Shown here: positions 1 to 11,398 of the stretch, piece after piece
Position numbering within the stretch: the stretch's first letter is position 1
How the letters are laid out: each line of letters opens with the position of its first letter
Source: Chrysochromulina tobinii
Taxonomy: Eukaryota
Assembly: GCA_001275005.1 (NCBI GenBank)
Contig: JWZX01003109.1
Location: 1-41,453 of the forward strand
Length of the DNA stretch: 41,453 nt
Direction of reading: 5' to 3'
Program-made: the position numbers and the translations under genes
Notes under the pieces: model-generated
Told to the model about the DNA's origin: nothing
Seen by the model: only the letters and a program-made list of their open reading frames with translations
Database searches by the model: none

Positions 1-126
1 GATCGCCTGATTCACACCTCATGTATTGGTGTGAAAGTTCGGAGCCTCGTTTCACAGCCTTGCTACACATATTGGGAGCGCCACCCTGTTACCCAGGTTA
101 CGTAATCTGAAATCGGTCTCCGGCGC

Positions 127-867
127 TCACTCCTCCTTTGGGGCATACCACTCCTTGACGGCTTCGATGGCCATGAAGCGCTGGAGGTAGGCGACGACCT
201 CTGGGTACGGCTCCAGGCAGTCGCGCGGCACGTGGTCCACGCCGCCTGAGATGAAGCGCGCCAGCACCGGCACCAGCGAGCAGTCGGCGATCGTCGGCTC
301 GGCGCCGCAGAGGAAGCCGCCGCTGGCCGAGAGGCGCTTGGAGAGAAAGCCCATATACTTGGGGAGCTCCTCGGTGCAGAACTTGGCGCGCACGGCCTTG
401 ACCACCGCGCTGTGCGCCTCCGTCCCCCGAAAGTCCGGCGGGTAGCCGTACAGTGTCGGGTCCTGGAAGCCAATGCCTACGGGCACTCGCCACTCGCGCT
501 GAAGGTCGCCGATGAGGCCGCAAGCTTCCTCGATGGCGAGAAGACGATCGGGATCCGAGGTCGGGTAGAGCGGGATGCCCTTCGCCGTCGCCAGAGATCC
601 CACGTACCGCAGCATCGCCTCGCTCTGAGCGATTGGCTTACCACCGTCAATCTCCATCAGCGGCAGCTGGCCATACGGCGTAGAGAGCTTCATGGCGCCC
701 CACTCGGCGTTCGACACTCGGACGTCTTCAAAGGGGATGCCAGCCAGCACGAGGGCAAGCCGAACCTTCTCTGCCACTCCCTGGATGTTGAAGTACGTCA
801 GCTTGATCGTCATCATCGGCTCCGTCTTGCTCGTCTTCGCTTGACGGGCTCGGTGAACGGAGGTCAT
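127..867 (-). CDS. GST: Glutathione S-transferase (sigma/alpha-like cytosolic GST)
   Basis: Intronless ORF with KLTYFNIQGVAEKVRLAL, TPYGQLPLMEIDGGKPIAQSEAMLRYVG (GST N domain) and FLCGAEPTIADCSL (GST C domain). The start could alternatively be the ATG at 816 or 813. Confidence 0.92.
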   Translation of the reverse strand: MTSVHRARQAKTSKTEPMMTIKLTYFNIQGVAEKVRLALVLAGIPFEDVRVSNAEWGAMKLSTPYGQLPLMEIDGGKPIAQSEAMLRYVGSLATAKGIPLYPTSDPDRLLAIEEACGLIGDLQREWRVPVGIGFQDPTLYGYPPDFRGTEAHSAVVKAVRAKFCTEELPKYMGFLSKRLSASGGFLCGAEPTIADCSLVPVLARFISGGVDHVPRDCLEPYPEVVAYLQRFMAIEAVKEWYAPKEE

Positions 868-1365
868 CGGAGGTCAAAAGCTTTCTAATTCCTTGTACAT
901 GTTGGAGAGGTCCGACGGCACATACGGAATCGGCGGGGGCAGCAGTAGCTCTGGTCTTCGCACAGCCCGCGGAAGCAGAAGTGTTCACATACTTAGCCAG
1001 ACATGACTCACCGAAGTGTTATTGTGTGTAAAAAGTCAAGCGGCTCCGAAGAGTCGCGTTAGTGCGCCGACTTCCGAAGTCACTTTCTCTTCCGTGGGGT
1101 GGTTAACCACTTTTAATTCGTAACTGTGTGGGCTCTCAGGACAAGTGTTAGGGGCCAGTCACGACCCCATCTTTTGAAGGTGGGCCACGCGCGCGCGCGC
1201 GCAGATTTTTGACGCAACCTCGAGTGTGCCGAACAAACCGTGTTTATTGGAATTTGCCGCGCAACGACTCTCGGGCCTCAGCCCAGGTTCCACACGGGGA
1301 CGCTCCCGAGCCCCCCCACCCCCTTCTCGCCCCGGTAGATCTCAGTCGATCTCCACGCACCGATC

Positions 1366-4300
1366 TCAGTAGATCTCGGCGAGCGCGAGGAGCGCGAGCG
1401 AGGACCAGCCGTTGAACGGGTGCGTGCGCTGGCCGCGCCCCGTCTCCGGATCGTACTGCTCCCACAAATAGCCGGTACGCTCCCATTCGGCGATCATCGT
1501 GCCGACGAGGTTGTCACGCAGCTCCGTGTAGAGCTGAGCCGCGCGCTCTTGGCTCGGGCCGGGCGTTGCGCCATAATGGTGCAGCCCCGCGAGCGCGAGA
1601 TAGTTGAGGTTGACCCAGATCGGGCCGCGCCAGTACGGCGCGTCCCCGGGCGCGTTCTCGCGCCCGTACCACGCATCTTCGCGTGAGAGTGAGCGCAGGC
1701 CGTGCGGACTCCAGAGGGAAGCTGGATCTCGGAGGAGGTGGAGGAGTGAGGGCAGCTGCGGAGCGTCCGGCGGCAGCAGCCGCAGGAGGAGTGGGAAGAG
1801 TGACACGTAGCCGAGCCGCGCGACGAACTGCGGCTTCGGAGGCGTGCGCGGCACAAAGTGCTCGCGCGTCATGAGCCCCGCCGGCCCGTTGCCGCCGAGG
1901 TGGAAGAGGAAGCGCGGGTGGGTGGATGGGCACTCGGGCTGGTTGGGGTTGGCCACGTCATGCTCCACCTGCATGCAATGAAGGGATGCATCGGTGAAGC
2001 CATCAGAGATCATCACATGCGATCGGTGAGGCGATCAGGAAGGCGACCATGGGGCGATCAGGGGGGCTCTCTAGTACGTACCTGCTCCTGCCCATCGCGC
2101 GTCGCACACTTGACCACAAAGAACGGTCGGAAGTCGCCGTCGTTCGCATGCTCGCCCCAATCGAGGTACGCCTTCCTCGATCGGTCCCAGTGCAGCGCGC
2201 TGAGTGCCTCGAGCTGCGCCTCGAATTGCGCCTCGTACGCGCCGGCCTCGTCACTCTTGCCTAGCCGAGCGCCGAGGCGGGCGAGCAGACGTGTGAAGAA
2301 GGCGACCCAGCTGTGAAGGTCGACGTGCCGCTCAATGTTCGACACGGTCGAGGCACGCGGGTAGTCATCGAGACCCGACGAGAGTGTCATCGCGTTCAGC
2401 CGCCGGTCGTTGGCATCGCGCCCTCGCCACCGAAAGGAGCCGTCGACCTCGCCCGCCTGCGTGCGTAGGAACCACGCGTGCCACTTGACCAGCCGCGGCC
2501 AGAGCTCGCTGAGCACGGTGAGCGTGCGTGCGGCTTGCTCCCTCCTCGACTGTGTGTGTCCCAGCCGACGCCCTCGCCGCGGCTGCTGCGGGTGCTGCGA
2601 GTGCTGCTGCTGCGGGTGCTGCGAGTGCTGCTGCGGCGGCGGCGGTTCGTCGTCGGCCTCGAGTGAGCTAAGGAGGGAGTGCAAGCGGAGGAGGAGCGCG
2701 GGCGGGTTCGCATGCTGCCGATGCTGCGCGAGGAACTGCGGAGGCACGCGTGCCTCCGCCTCGGCGCCCAAGATCTGCTCGCGTGGAATCCATCCGTCGG
2801 CATGCATCAAGCCCAGCCAGCTCGCGAGGATGTGGTCGGCGAGCGGCGCGTCCCAAGCGCCCACGACGAGCTGATGAAACCCCTCATCCCACAGGAAGCC
2901 GCGCGGGAAAAAGGGGCGCGACGGCACCACCGTCAGCAGAGCGGCCGGCGGCGTGCGCGCGGGCGCGAGCGTGTGCGGTCCACGAAGCGGCGTGGGCGGC
3001 GCGATCGTCGAGGAGCCATAAAAGAATCCGATCGACCCGAGGAGCGCGGAGAGGGCATGTGCCGCGAACCGGAGCTCGCGCGCCCCGAGGGGCGCGCCCC
3101 GCAGCGTCGGTGCCGCCACGGCCTCCGCCTCAACGCCGGCTGCCGTTGAGGCTGCGCCGTCGGTTGCCTTATTTGGGTCAGAGCCGAGTCCAAGTTGAGT
3201 GAGCAGCCGCTCGTCGAAGGCCGCTTGCTTGGCCGCAAGGCGCGACGTGAGCGCACTGCCGCTGTAAGCTGCATGCGAGGCGGCGCACGCGTCGCCCTCC
3301 GCCGCCCCTTCCTTGCCCTCGGCGCACGCCGCAGGCACCAGTAACAGCTCCATTGTGAAGGGCGGCGCCGCACGCACATGGAACACGACGAGGCGAGAGC
3401 GGCCATCGGCGGCGTCGTCCAAGCCGGTACCGACAGCGTCCGAGAGCTCCTTGACATTCGCACCGCCGCCACCACCATCGCGATTGGCCGCCGTCTTGCG
3501 GCTTGCCGCCGCCGCCGCCGACGCCGCCGCCTGCCGCCGCGCCTCGAGCTGCTGAGCCACCAGATCGGCCACGTTTAGATGGGATGCGCCGGGATTCTGT
3601 GAAGACTGCGGAGAAGACGACTGTGAAGACCGCTGTGGAGATGCCCAGGCGTGCACCGGCACCGCAGTGCGCTTGGACGATGTGCCGTCCGCCGTCGGCG
3701 ACGCGCCGAGCGTCGCCTCCGCGAACAGGGTGAACGTCCCAACGTCGTCAATGGTACCGTGCAGCCTTGCCGCACCCTCCGGTTGGAAGAAGGAGGGTGG
3801 GCGCCTCTCCAGGCTGCCACCGCCGTCGGCGGCGCCGGCGGGCGCAAGCTCGGCGTCAACCGCGGCGTAAAAGTAGAGCGAGAGCGGCCGCGAGGGCGGC
3901 GTCGCTTTGCTCGCGCGTCCGCTCGCGACCGTGGCCTCGAGGCGCACCGCCCAGCCGCTGGTGCTCGTCGCGACAAAGCTCGTGTGCAGCTCGACGCCGT
4001 GAGCCTCGTCGACTATGGGCTGCGCGCCGTAGCCGCGCCCGTCGTGCGCCATGAAGCCGTAACGCTCGAGGCCGTCCTGCTCGCACTGGTGGCGCAGCGG
4101 CAGCCCGTCCGCTGCCCACATCAGCCCTGCCGTCAGAGCGGTCGGCGCGGTGAGCGAGCGCAGCCCAAAATAGACTCCGGGCCGGTAGGTGCCCCAGCGC
4201 AGCGACGCGTTGTGCTCGGTGGTAAAGTGCTGCAGCGCGGAGCTGTGGCCAAGCAGCGTCACCGCGGCCGACGCGGCGCGCGGTGCCGCCGACGCCGGAG

Positions 4301-4430
4301 ATTCTGCAAGGCTGCTCGGCGTGACGGCGCGCTCCACGGCAACGGACCCCGGGCGGAGCAGCTGCTGATAGAGCACTGCGAGCAGCGCCAGCAGGGCGGC
4401 GGCGCCCGCGCCCATGGTCCACAAGGACAT
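1366..4430 (-). CDS. GCS1: Mannosyl-oligosaccharide glucosidase I (GH63); 2 exons (4430-2082, 1968-1366), intron 1969-2081
   Basis: N-terminal signal anchor, WGTYRPGVYFGLR, VPSRPFFPRGFLWDEGFHQL, GWIPREQILG, TLSSGLDDYPR, YWRGPIWVNLNYL and WEQYDPETGRGQRTHPFNGWSSL. A GT-AG intron joins GQEQ|VEHD in frame. Confidence 0.93.
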
Positions 4431-4847
4431 GGCGCCGGCAGATGGCGTGTAGGTGTGAGGCGGCTTGCGCTTCATGTGTGGTTGGTCACAGATGTCGACG
4501 CAGTGTGAATTGGCTGTTAATTCCGGCTCATATGAGAACTGGCCCGCAGTGGGCAAGCGCCGTTGAACCTCGCCGGTCGAGTGGCCATCGCAGCTTCGAG
4601 GCGGATGCGGGAGTGTGTGCTGGCTCCAGGCTGTCCGCCTCGAACTCGACTCCTCGACTGACTGTAATAGTAAGATTCGTGAATGCCTTGCGGTGGCACC
4701 GTCTACTAATGAGTATGAGGGTATGCTACGGTGTTGGTGAAGCGTGTGGTCTGTGGAGCGCGCACTCACGTCTCGTCTAGAATAAGGGGGCTGAGGGGGG
4801 ACTTAAAAAAGAATTCATGGATTTCGACCTGTTGCACCCTGCCAACA

Positions 4848-6143
4848 TCACCTCCGCTCCCACCTCCCCCATCGCCTCAAACGACCTCGCCATTCATTTA
4901 CGTACCAGAGACCCTCGGCACGTGGGCGGCTGGGCGCGCAGCGTGCCGCCACCCGGTTTCGACCATGTTCTTTGGTGGACTCCCACCCGGCGCCCCGCGC
5001 AGCCGCACGAAACCTCCTCCGGCTCTCACGGACGCGTCCCCGAGCCACGGCCGCCTTCCTCGGCTCGAGCGCCTCGCAGAACACCCCCTCCGCCCAAGCC
5101 GCCGCCCAAGCCTCCGCCCGAGCCTCCGCCGCCACCCCAGCCGCCCAAGCAGCCGCCCGAGCCTTCGCCCGAGCCCCCGCAACCGCCGCCGCCTCTTTCC
5201 TCGCGGCAACCGCTGTCGCCTTCGCAACCTTCATCAGCTGAAGGGCGGCGTGGCATGCATCCGTGAGCGTCGGGTCAAGGGCCTTTGCCTTGTTGTTGAT
5301 CGATGCGTCCACAATGGGCGCGGCGCTTGCAATCATTGCGAGCGGCGTCTTGCACTTCATCATCTCATCTTTGTTCGTCGCAAGCCACTTGCGGCAGCGG
5401 GAGATGATACCACTGTCGATTGGCACATCGGTGGTGGTCAACTCGGCGACGTACTTGACAAGGCTTGCGGGCATGCCATCCGAGGAGGATGCAAGGGAGG
5501 CGAGAGCGCCGGCAGCCATCTTCATTGCAGACGCACGGCGGCAAGCGGCCTGCACGGCGTCCCTCTCCCTCATGCGACGTGAGGTGAGCAGACGCTTCAT
5601 CTCAGCGACAGCCCACCCCGCCGCGTCGGAGGGCATCTGAATGGTTGCGTCGGAGGTCTCCGAGTACACGGGCGCTTGCGCCACACACAAGGCCAGCGGA
5701 TCGAGCGGCGGCATCGCCTCGTAGTCGGCGACGGAAGCCCAGAAGCCAACACAGCACCGAATATGCTGGGCGGCATGTTCGGCGGCAGCGGCGGCGGCGG
5801 CGGCGGCGGCGCGGCGGCGGCGCGCATCGAGAAGACCGCCATACCCAGCAGTGGCCCCCGCGGAGGCGGAGGCGGAGGCGGCGGCGGAAGCGGCGGCGGC
5901 GGCGATGGTGAGCTTTCGGGCAGCTTCTCGCCGCCAATGCAGCCGTATAAGGGTCATGTCCATCGGCGAGTGCTTGAGCGTGACGGACTTGGGCGCCGCA
6001 GGGGTAGGACCGGCCCCGCCCTTGGATTTTGACTTCTTCTTCATCAGCCCACCCCAGTCATCTTCGAGCTCGGCCTTCTTGACAATCTTAGCCCCACAGG
6101 GTAAACACACAAGATCCATGAGGGAAGACCGCAGTTCAGGCAT
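4848..6143 (-). CDS. Hypothetical Ala-rich protein
   Basis: 431-aa ATG-initiated ORF filling the gap between two same-strand genes. Low complexity, no recognised domain. Confidence 0.45.
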   Translation of the reverse strand: MPELRSSLMDLVCLPCGAKIVKKAELEDDWGGLMKKKSKSKGGAGPTPAAPKSVTLKHSPMDMTLIRLHWRREAARKLTIAAAAASAAASASASAGATAGYGGLLDARRRRAAAAAAAAAAEHAAQHIRCCVGFWASVADYEAMPPLDPLALCVAQAPVYSETSDATIQMPSDAAGWAVAEMKRLLTSRRMRERDAVQAACRRASAMKMAAGALASLASSSDGMPASLVKYVAELTTTDVPIDSGIISRCRKWLATNKDEMMKCKTPLAMIASAAPIVDASINNKAKALDPTLTDACHAALQLMKVAKATAVAARKEAAAVAGARAKARAAAWAAGVAAEARAEAWAAAWAEGVFCEALEPRKAAVARGRVRESRRRFRAAARGAGWESTKEHGRNRVAARCAPSRPRAEGLWYVNEWRGRLRRWGRWERR

Positions 6144-6314
6144 TGGATTGATGGAGGACGGGCAGTCCGCTCGGTTTTTGTGCGAAGAGATCGCTTGCCT
6201 TTTGTATTCCTTTTGTACGCTCGCCTTTCCACTGAAAGCGCTTGTCTTTAGCTCGCCTTTGATGTCTCGAAACCACCCCGCTCTGAATACACTCTGCCTT
6301 CCCCGTTCTTGTGT

Positions 6315-8067
6315 TCACGGCAGCATCGCCCACACGCGCGCGGGCGCCTCGGGCGCGCCAGCAACGTTGAGCGGCGCGACGAAGACGAGGGCGCCACGCG
6401 GCGGCAGCTCGGGGCCGAGATTGAGGTTCTCGACAATGTAACGGTCGGCGCCCAGGACGACGTGGTGCACGGGGAAGCCACGCGCGGCGCCGTCGCCGCC
6501 GTCGGGCGAGAGCGTGTCGACACCGAGGCCGACGGCGCCGCGCGCCGAAATTAAAAAGCTCGCGGCCGCCTCACTCACGCCCGGGTATGCCATGCGAGGC
6601 AGGCCGATGCTTGGGTCGATGCGCGCCGTATCGGGCGCATTCAAGTATCGGCTGGCGTCGGCGTACCGGTCAGCGGCCCAGCCGGTGCGTATGCACACAA
6701 ACGCGCCGTACGGCACCTGCCCGTGCAACGCCTCGTCCGCGAGAATCACCTCAAGCCCGACGCACACATCCTCGCCCGCGGCCGCGGCCGCCACAACTGC
6801 CAGCGGCACGCTGATGACGGCGAGTGGACGTGCAGCTAGCTCCTCCGTGCCGAGTCCGTCCACGGTCCGGCCACCGGCCACAAAGTGGGCGGGCGCGTCA
6901 ATGTGCGTGCCCGAGCCCCCGTTGAGTGTAAACGACTGCTTCGAGCGACAGAAGGGGTGGGACGTCGTCGCGGGCGACTTGTGCACCTGTGGGGAGAGGG
7001 GCGTGGTCGCGCCGTGGTGAGCACTTGCATGCGGTGGGACGTCGTCGCGGGCGACTTGTGCACCTGACGAAAGAGGCACTCAGTAGCACTCGTTGGCTCT
7101 CGTTGGCACTCAGTAGCACCCATCGGCACTCAGTAGCACTCAGTAGCACTCGTCGGGTGGAGGGGCGCCGTCGCGGGCGCCACTGTCGCACCTCTCGCGC
7201 GAGAGGCTTGCACGTCGGCCACTGTGCGCTGCTCTCCGAGAGGACGAAGCCGCAGTCGACGCAGCGTGCGCACGAGCGCAGTGCAACGGGCGTGGCTGGC
7301 GCGGGCGCAGCGGCCGCCGGCGCGGGCGCTGCGGCAGCCGGCAGAGGGATGCCGAGCAACGTACACAGTGGAGCGGTCGCCGCACTGAGGTCGCTCGCAA
7401 CGACGTGGCACGGCGCGCTGAAGCCACCGCCCGGTGCGCCGCTGCCGCCAAGCGCAGCGTCGAGCGCGATGCCGATAAACGGGCATCCAAAGTCGCGTGC
7501 CGCCTTGCAGTCATTGTCGCCGTCGCCCACATGCACAAGCTCCGCGGGAGCGACGAGGCCCTCGGCGGTGGAGACGGCCATCAGGTTCTCCACCTTGGTG
7601 CCCGGCGCGCCGAGCACCTTACGGAAGCGTGGGCGCCAGCCGAGTGCGTCGATGAGCTCGTCGATGGGCTCCTGCGGCGTCGCCGTGTTCACGTAGCACG
7701 GAACCCCGTGCGCGGTGAGGTGTGCGAGCAGCGCGGTCGCGCCCGGCACCTCCTGGGCCGTGAGCAGCCGCCCCTGGAGCACCGTCGAGAAGGTGTCGCA
7801 CATCTTGGCGCCAAAGGTCACGGCGTCCGTCTCCTCGGACGGCGCCGATCCGCGCTCGATGAGACCGCGCGCCACGCCTTCAAAGATGCTGTAGCGAGTG
7901 ACTTTCACGCCGGCCGGCGCTGTTCGCGAGTCGTGCGGCACGGTCTCGAGCACCGCGAGGCCGCCCTCGTAGGGTGCGACCACCTCACGCATCGTCTGGA
8001 ATTTCGTGTGCTCGCTCAGCAGCAGCGTGTTGTCAAAGTCAAAGGAGACGGCGCGAGGCGTCGGCAT
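6315..8067 (-). CDS. HAD-family hydrolase fused to a kynurenine formamidase-like (putative cyclase) metal hydrolase; exons 8067-7192 and 6986-6315
   Basis: N half has HAD motif I (SFDFDNTL) and motif IV (HVGDGDND). An Ala/Pro linker follows, then the cyclase-like domain (CVDCGFVLSESSAQWP, GTHIDAPAHF, CIRTGW, YPGVS, GLGVDTLSPD, FPVHHVVLG, IVENL, APEAPARVWA). Compound intron 6987-7191 joins LARE|VHKS in frame. Confidence 0.8.
6987..7191 (-). other. Compound intron: two abutting intron units (7191-7064 and 7063-6987), each starting with a copy of the downstream exon start
   Basis: 7063-7033 is identical to exon 6986-6956 (31 nt, GTGCACAAGTCGCCCGCGACGACGTCCCACC), and both copies are preceded by CAG. 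The unit from 7191 begins with a degenerate third copy, followed by GAGTGCTACT-type repeats. Confidence 0.8.
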
Positions 8068-8312
8068 GTGAGCTGGCGTGAATTGGCACGTGAAAATACA
8101 TGTACTCGGAATCTCGTGGAAGATTTCATACATGTACCTTTTCCAATGGCTGTGAATGTAGGCGCAGAATGCTGCCAAGAAGGCTATCTGGAAGTTTAGT
8201 TCCAAATTTGGTTGAAGACTTTAAAAGTCTTTTCGCTCCAAACGCGTGTGCATCGTCGTTCGCGCGAGCGCGGCCGCCGACGACGAACGCATCGCGGGAA
8301 GGCACCTCGTCG

Positions 8313-10974
8313 ATGGAGGTCCTGGATGCCGAGCAGCATGGTGCTGTGGCCTATCGGAGACTTAGGCGCGGGACGTCGTTTTTCAGCCGCTCCCCGGATA
8401 CTCCGTCTCCGCAGAAGACGAGTACTCCGCAGAAGAAGATCGTCGCTGCAGAGCCGGATGCGCCTGCATCGCCAGAGGCGACCAAGATACTCCTCAAACG
8501 CATTCAACGTGATGCGTTGAGTGCGTTGGATGATGCAGACATGAAGAAGCTCGAGAGGCGGCTTGATCATATGGAGCCGATTCAGGAGGGTCTCAAAGCT
8601 TGGCAAGTCAGAGCCCGCGCCAATAGCGCCAGGTACAGCCAGCGCTCCCATAAGGTGGTCAGTCTCGCGCGAAAGATCGCCGCGGAGGAGGCCATCGCTG
8701 CTGCGACCGCGGCGGCGGCGAGCAAGAAGGAGCAGGCTGCAGGCAAGCTGCAGGCAGCGCATCGCGGCCACTCGGCGCGCAAGTCGGTGGAGGCAACAGT
8801 GTCCGAGGCAAGAGTGGCCCGGCGCCTTCGAATGGGCGGCCTTGCCTTCTTGTGTCTGTTTGTCAGCGTGCTCGCCATTGACTTTGGCCGTGGCCTCGCT
8901 AATGTGCTGCGTATGCCGCCGCCGCCACTGCCACCGCCAGCTCCTCCCGCGCCACCGTCGCCGCCATCTCTTCCTCCGCCATCCCCGCGACCACCACCGC
9001 ACCCCCTTCTCCTCAACCAGCGAGCCTTCGTAAGGCCATCATCACCGCCTCCCTCATCGCCGTGTCCCTCATCGACCCCCCCACCGCCGTGTCCCTCATC
9101 GAATCCCCCACCAACGTGTCCCTCATCGAATCCCCCACTGCCTCCCCAACCACCGCATCCCTCACCAAAGCCCCCACCGCCAGCACCCTCCCCACCACCC
9201 CCACCACCCCAAGAGCCCATGGAGCCATGGGCGGTCGTCTTGTTTGGCTCCATCTTCGTGGGGTCCATCTTGATGCTCATTGGGCTCGCCTGCTCCAAGT
9301 CACCCCTTCATGGTTCCAAGTCGTGCCTCCGGAAGTCACCCCTTCATGATGATCGACTTGCGGCGGAGCAGGTGGTGCGCAAGTACGGACTGAATCAAAT
9401 GGACAAGGGAGGGGATGGTTCTTACCGAGAACTATCATCGGGCCCTTATCGATGGGACGTGCGGTCGTACGCGACGCTGGAGGAGGAGGAGGAGGAGGTG
9501 TCGAAGCCCATTCCACCTCGCGTGCACAAGATCCTTGACAAGTTTGACAGGTTCGGCAGCAGCTCCGAACTGATTGCCACTGATCGCCACTGATCGCCAC
9601 TGATCGCCACTGATTGCCTCCCTCATTGCATGCAGGTTCGGCAGCGGCTCCGTGTCGATCGCAGAGCTGAAATCCGCCCTGATCTTGCTCGACGTCGACG
9701 TGGACAACGAGCGAGCGGAGGGCGTCCTCAAGCCTCTCGACCAGTTCAGTCGACCTCTCGGCGTCGACGTGCGCGAGTTCGCCGAGCTGTGGGAGAAGAT
9801 GGCGAAGCCTCCGAAGCTGGAGCCTACGCCAGCGCGCAAGCCCCAATCGCCGAGCAACTCATCGAGCAATCTCCAATCGCCGAGCAACTCACCGAGCAAG
9901 CCGCCCGAGTCCGCAGAGTCCCGAGTCCGCAAGGCCGTGGGCCCGAAGGCCGTCGGCCCGAAGGCGAGGGCAGTCAAGGAGGCGGAGGAGAAGTACCAGA
10001 AGCATCAGGCCGAAGATGAGTTGAAGAGGGCGAGGAAGCAAGCACTGCTCGAGATTCAGAAGGCACTTGCCGAGGCGCAACCCCTCTCCGATGCACTGAG
10101 TGAGCGAGCGAGCTCAGAGCAGGCGTGGTACGAGTGCCTCGATCGGGTGATCGAATGGGATGCGATCGAAGAGAATGAGTTCCGGCGACCCCAGCTCAAG
10201 ACCTCTCGAACGCTTGTGAAGAGCACCGTCGAGCGGGCACTCAAGCGCTGGGGCGTCACCCTCGATGCCATCAACAGCGTCTCCCTCGGTGCGACGGCGG
10301 ACGAGCTCGTCAGCTTCTTCTACACTCACGTGGATAGCAAGTACCAAGAGACGGCACGCCAGAAGCCCCAGAGCCGAAAGCCTTCCCCTCGCTCTCGAAG
10401 CGCGCCACTCCATCCCGAGCCCAAGGTCCCTGTGCGCGCCGGCGTCATCGGCCAGATGCGGACTTCAACCGCCAAGGTCTTCCTGGAGAACTTGGGCCAC
10501 CCCACACACAGTTTGAAGCGCTGTCCATTGTACATCGTGGTGACCGCCTTCGAGGCCGAGGGCTCTGCGCCGACGGTCGATCTTCGCATCTTCGAGAAAG
10601 AGAGCGATGCGTTCTCGACGTTGCTTCAGATGGGGGGCGAGTCCGTGTCCGCTCGAGGCGTCGTCCAGCCTCTCGTCGAAGTGAAGGGTGTCGCGCTCGA
10701 GGACCTGGCGGTCTTCTGCGATGACTGGCAGGACCCGAGCCGCTGGATGCACAAGACTGATTGGGTGCAAGTCACGAAGCCGGTCCCGCTGTCCCCCATG
10801 CTACCTGCTGCGCCCGCGGTGCTGCCCATGCCGTCGTCCCCATCGACGGTTGCGTCGTATCTGAGTGCGTGCTCTTCGGCGCGGGGGTTCCCCGTCGGCG
10901 CGCTCCCCGGGATCCCGTGGGGCTCCCCGGACGAACGCCAGTGTCCGCCTGATGGGGGACCGCCCACCTCCTAG
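8313..10974 (+). CDS. Membrane protein with IQ motif, two TM segments flanking a Pro-rich region, and EF-hand-like loops; intron 9551-9635
   Basis: IQ-like KLQAAHRGHSARK; TMs GGLAFLCLFVSVLAIDF and WAVVLFGSIFVGSILMLIGLA. Splicing restores DKFDRFGSGSVSIAELKSAL (EF-hand-like) and joins ORFs 8100-9593 and 9652-10974. Confidence 0.7.
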
Positions 10975-11398
10975 TGAGGAGGAGATGGAGGCCTGGGAGA
11001 GATCCATGGAGAGATCTCATCTCACGACTCGACGCCCATGACTACGCGGCCGCCGGAACCCTTGAGTGGACAAGACCGTTACTTTCAAGATAGCCAATAT
11101 GTACTCATGTGGTGTCTGGTAGTGTTTTTCACATTTCAGAAGTGTTTGTACATGTACTGTGCACCTTTGCTGTCGGCCGCCACTAAGCCGTCTCTATGGC
11201 GAATGGCCGGGTAGAGACCCGCGTGTAACTCTTCCCACTAACTTCCCACGGCATATCGAGCCTCTCCATCAACCAAGTGTTCAGTTACAAATCTCTCTCC
11301 ATCGGCCGCAATCGAAGGTAACTGCGCTCTCAGGCTCCAGGGCCGCCGACGCGCGCTTGCTCTTAGCTTGCTCTTAGCTTGCTCTTAGCTTGCCTCGG

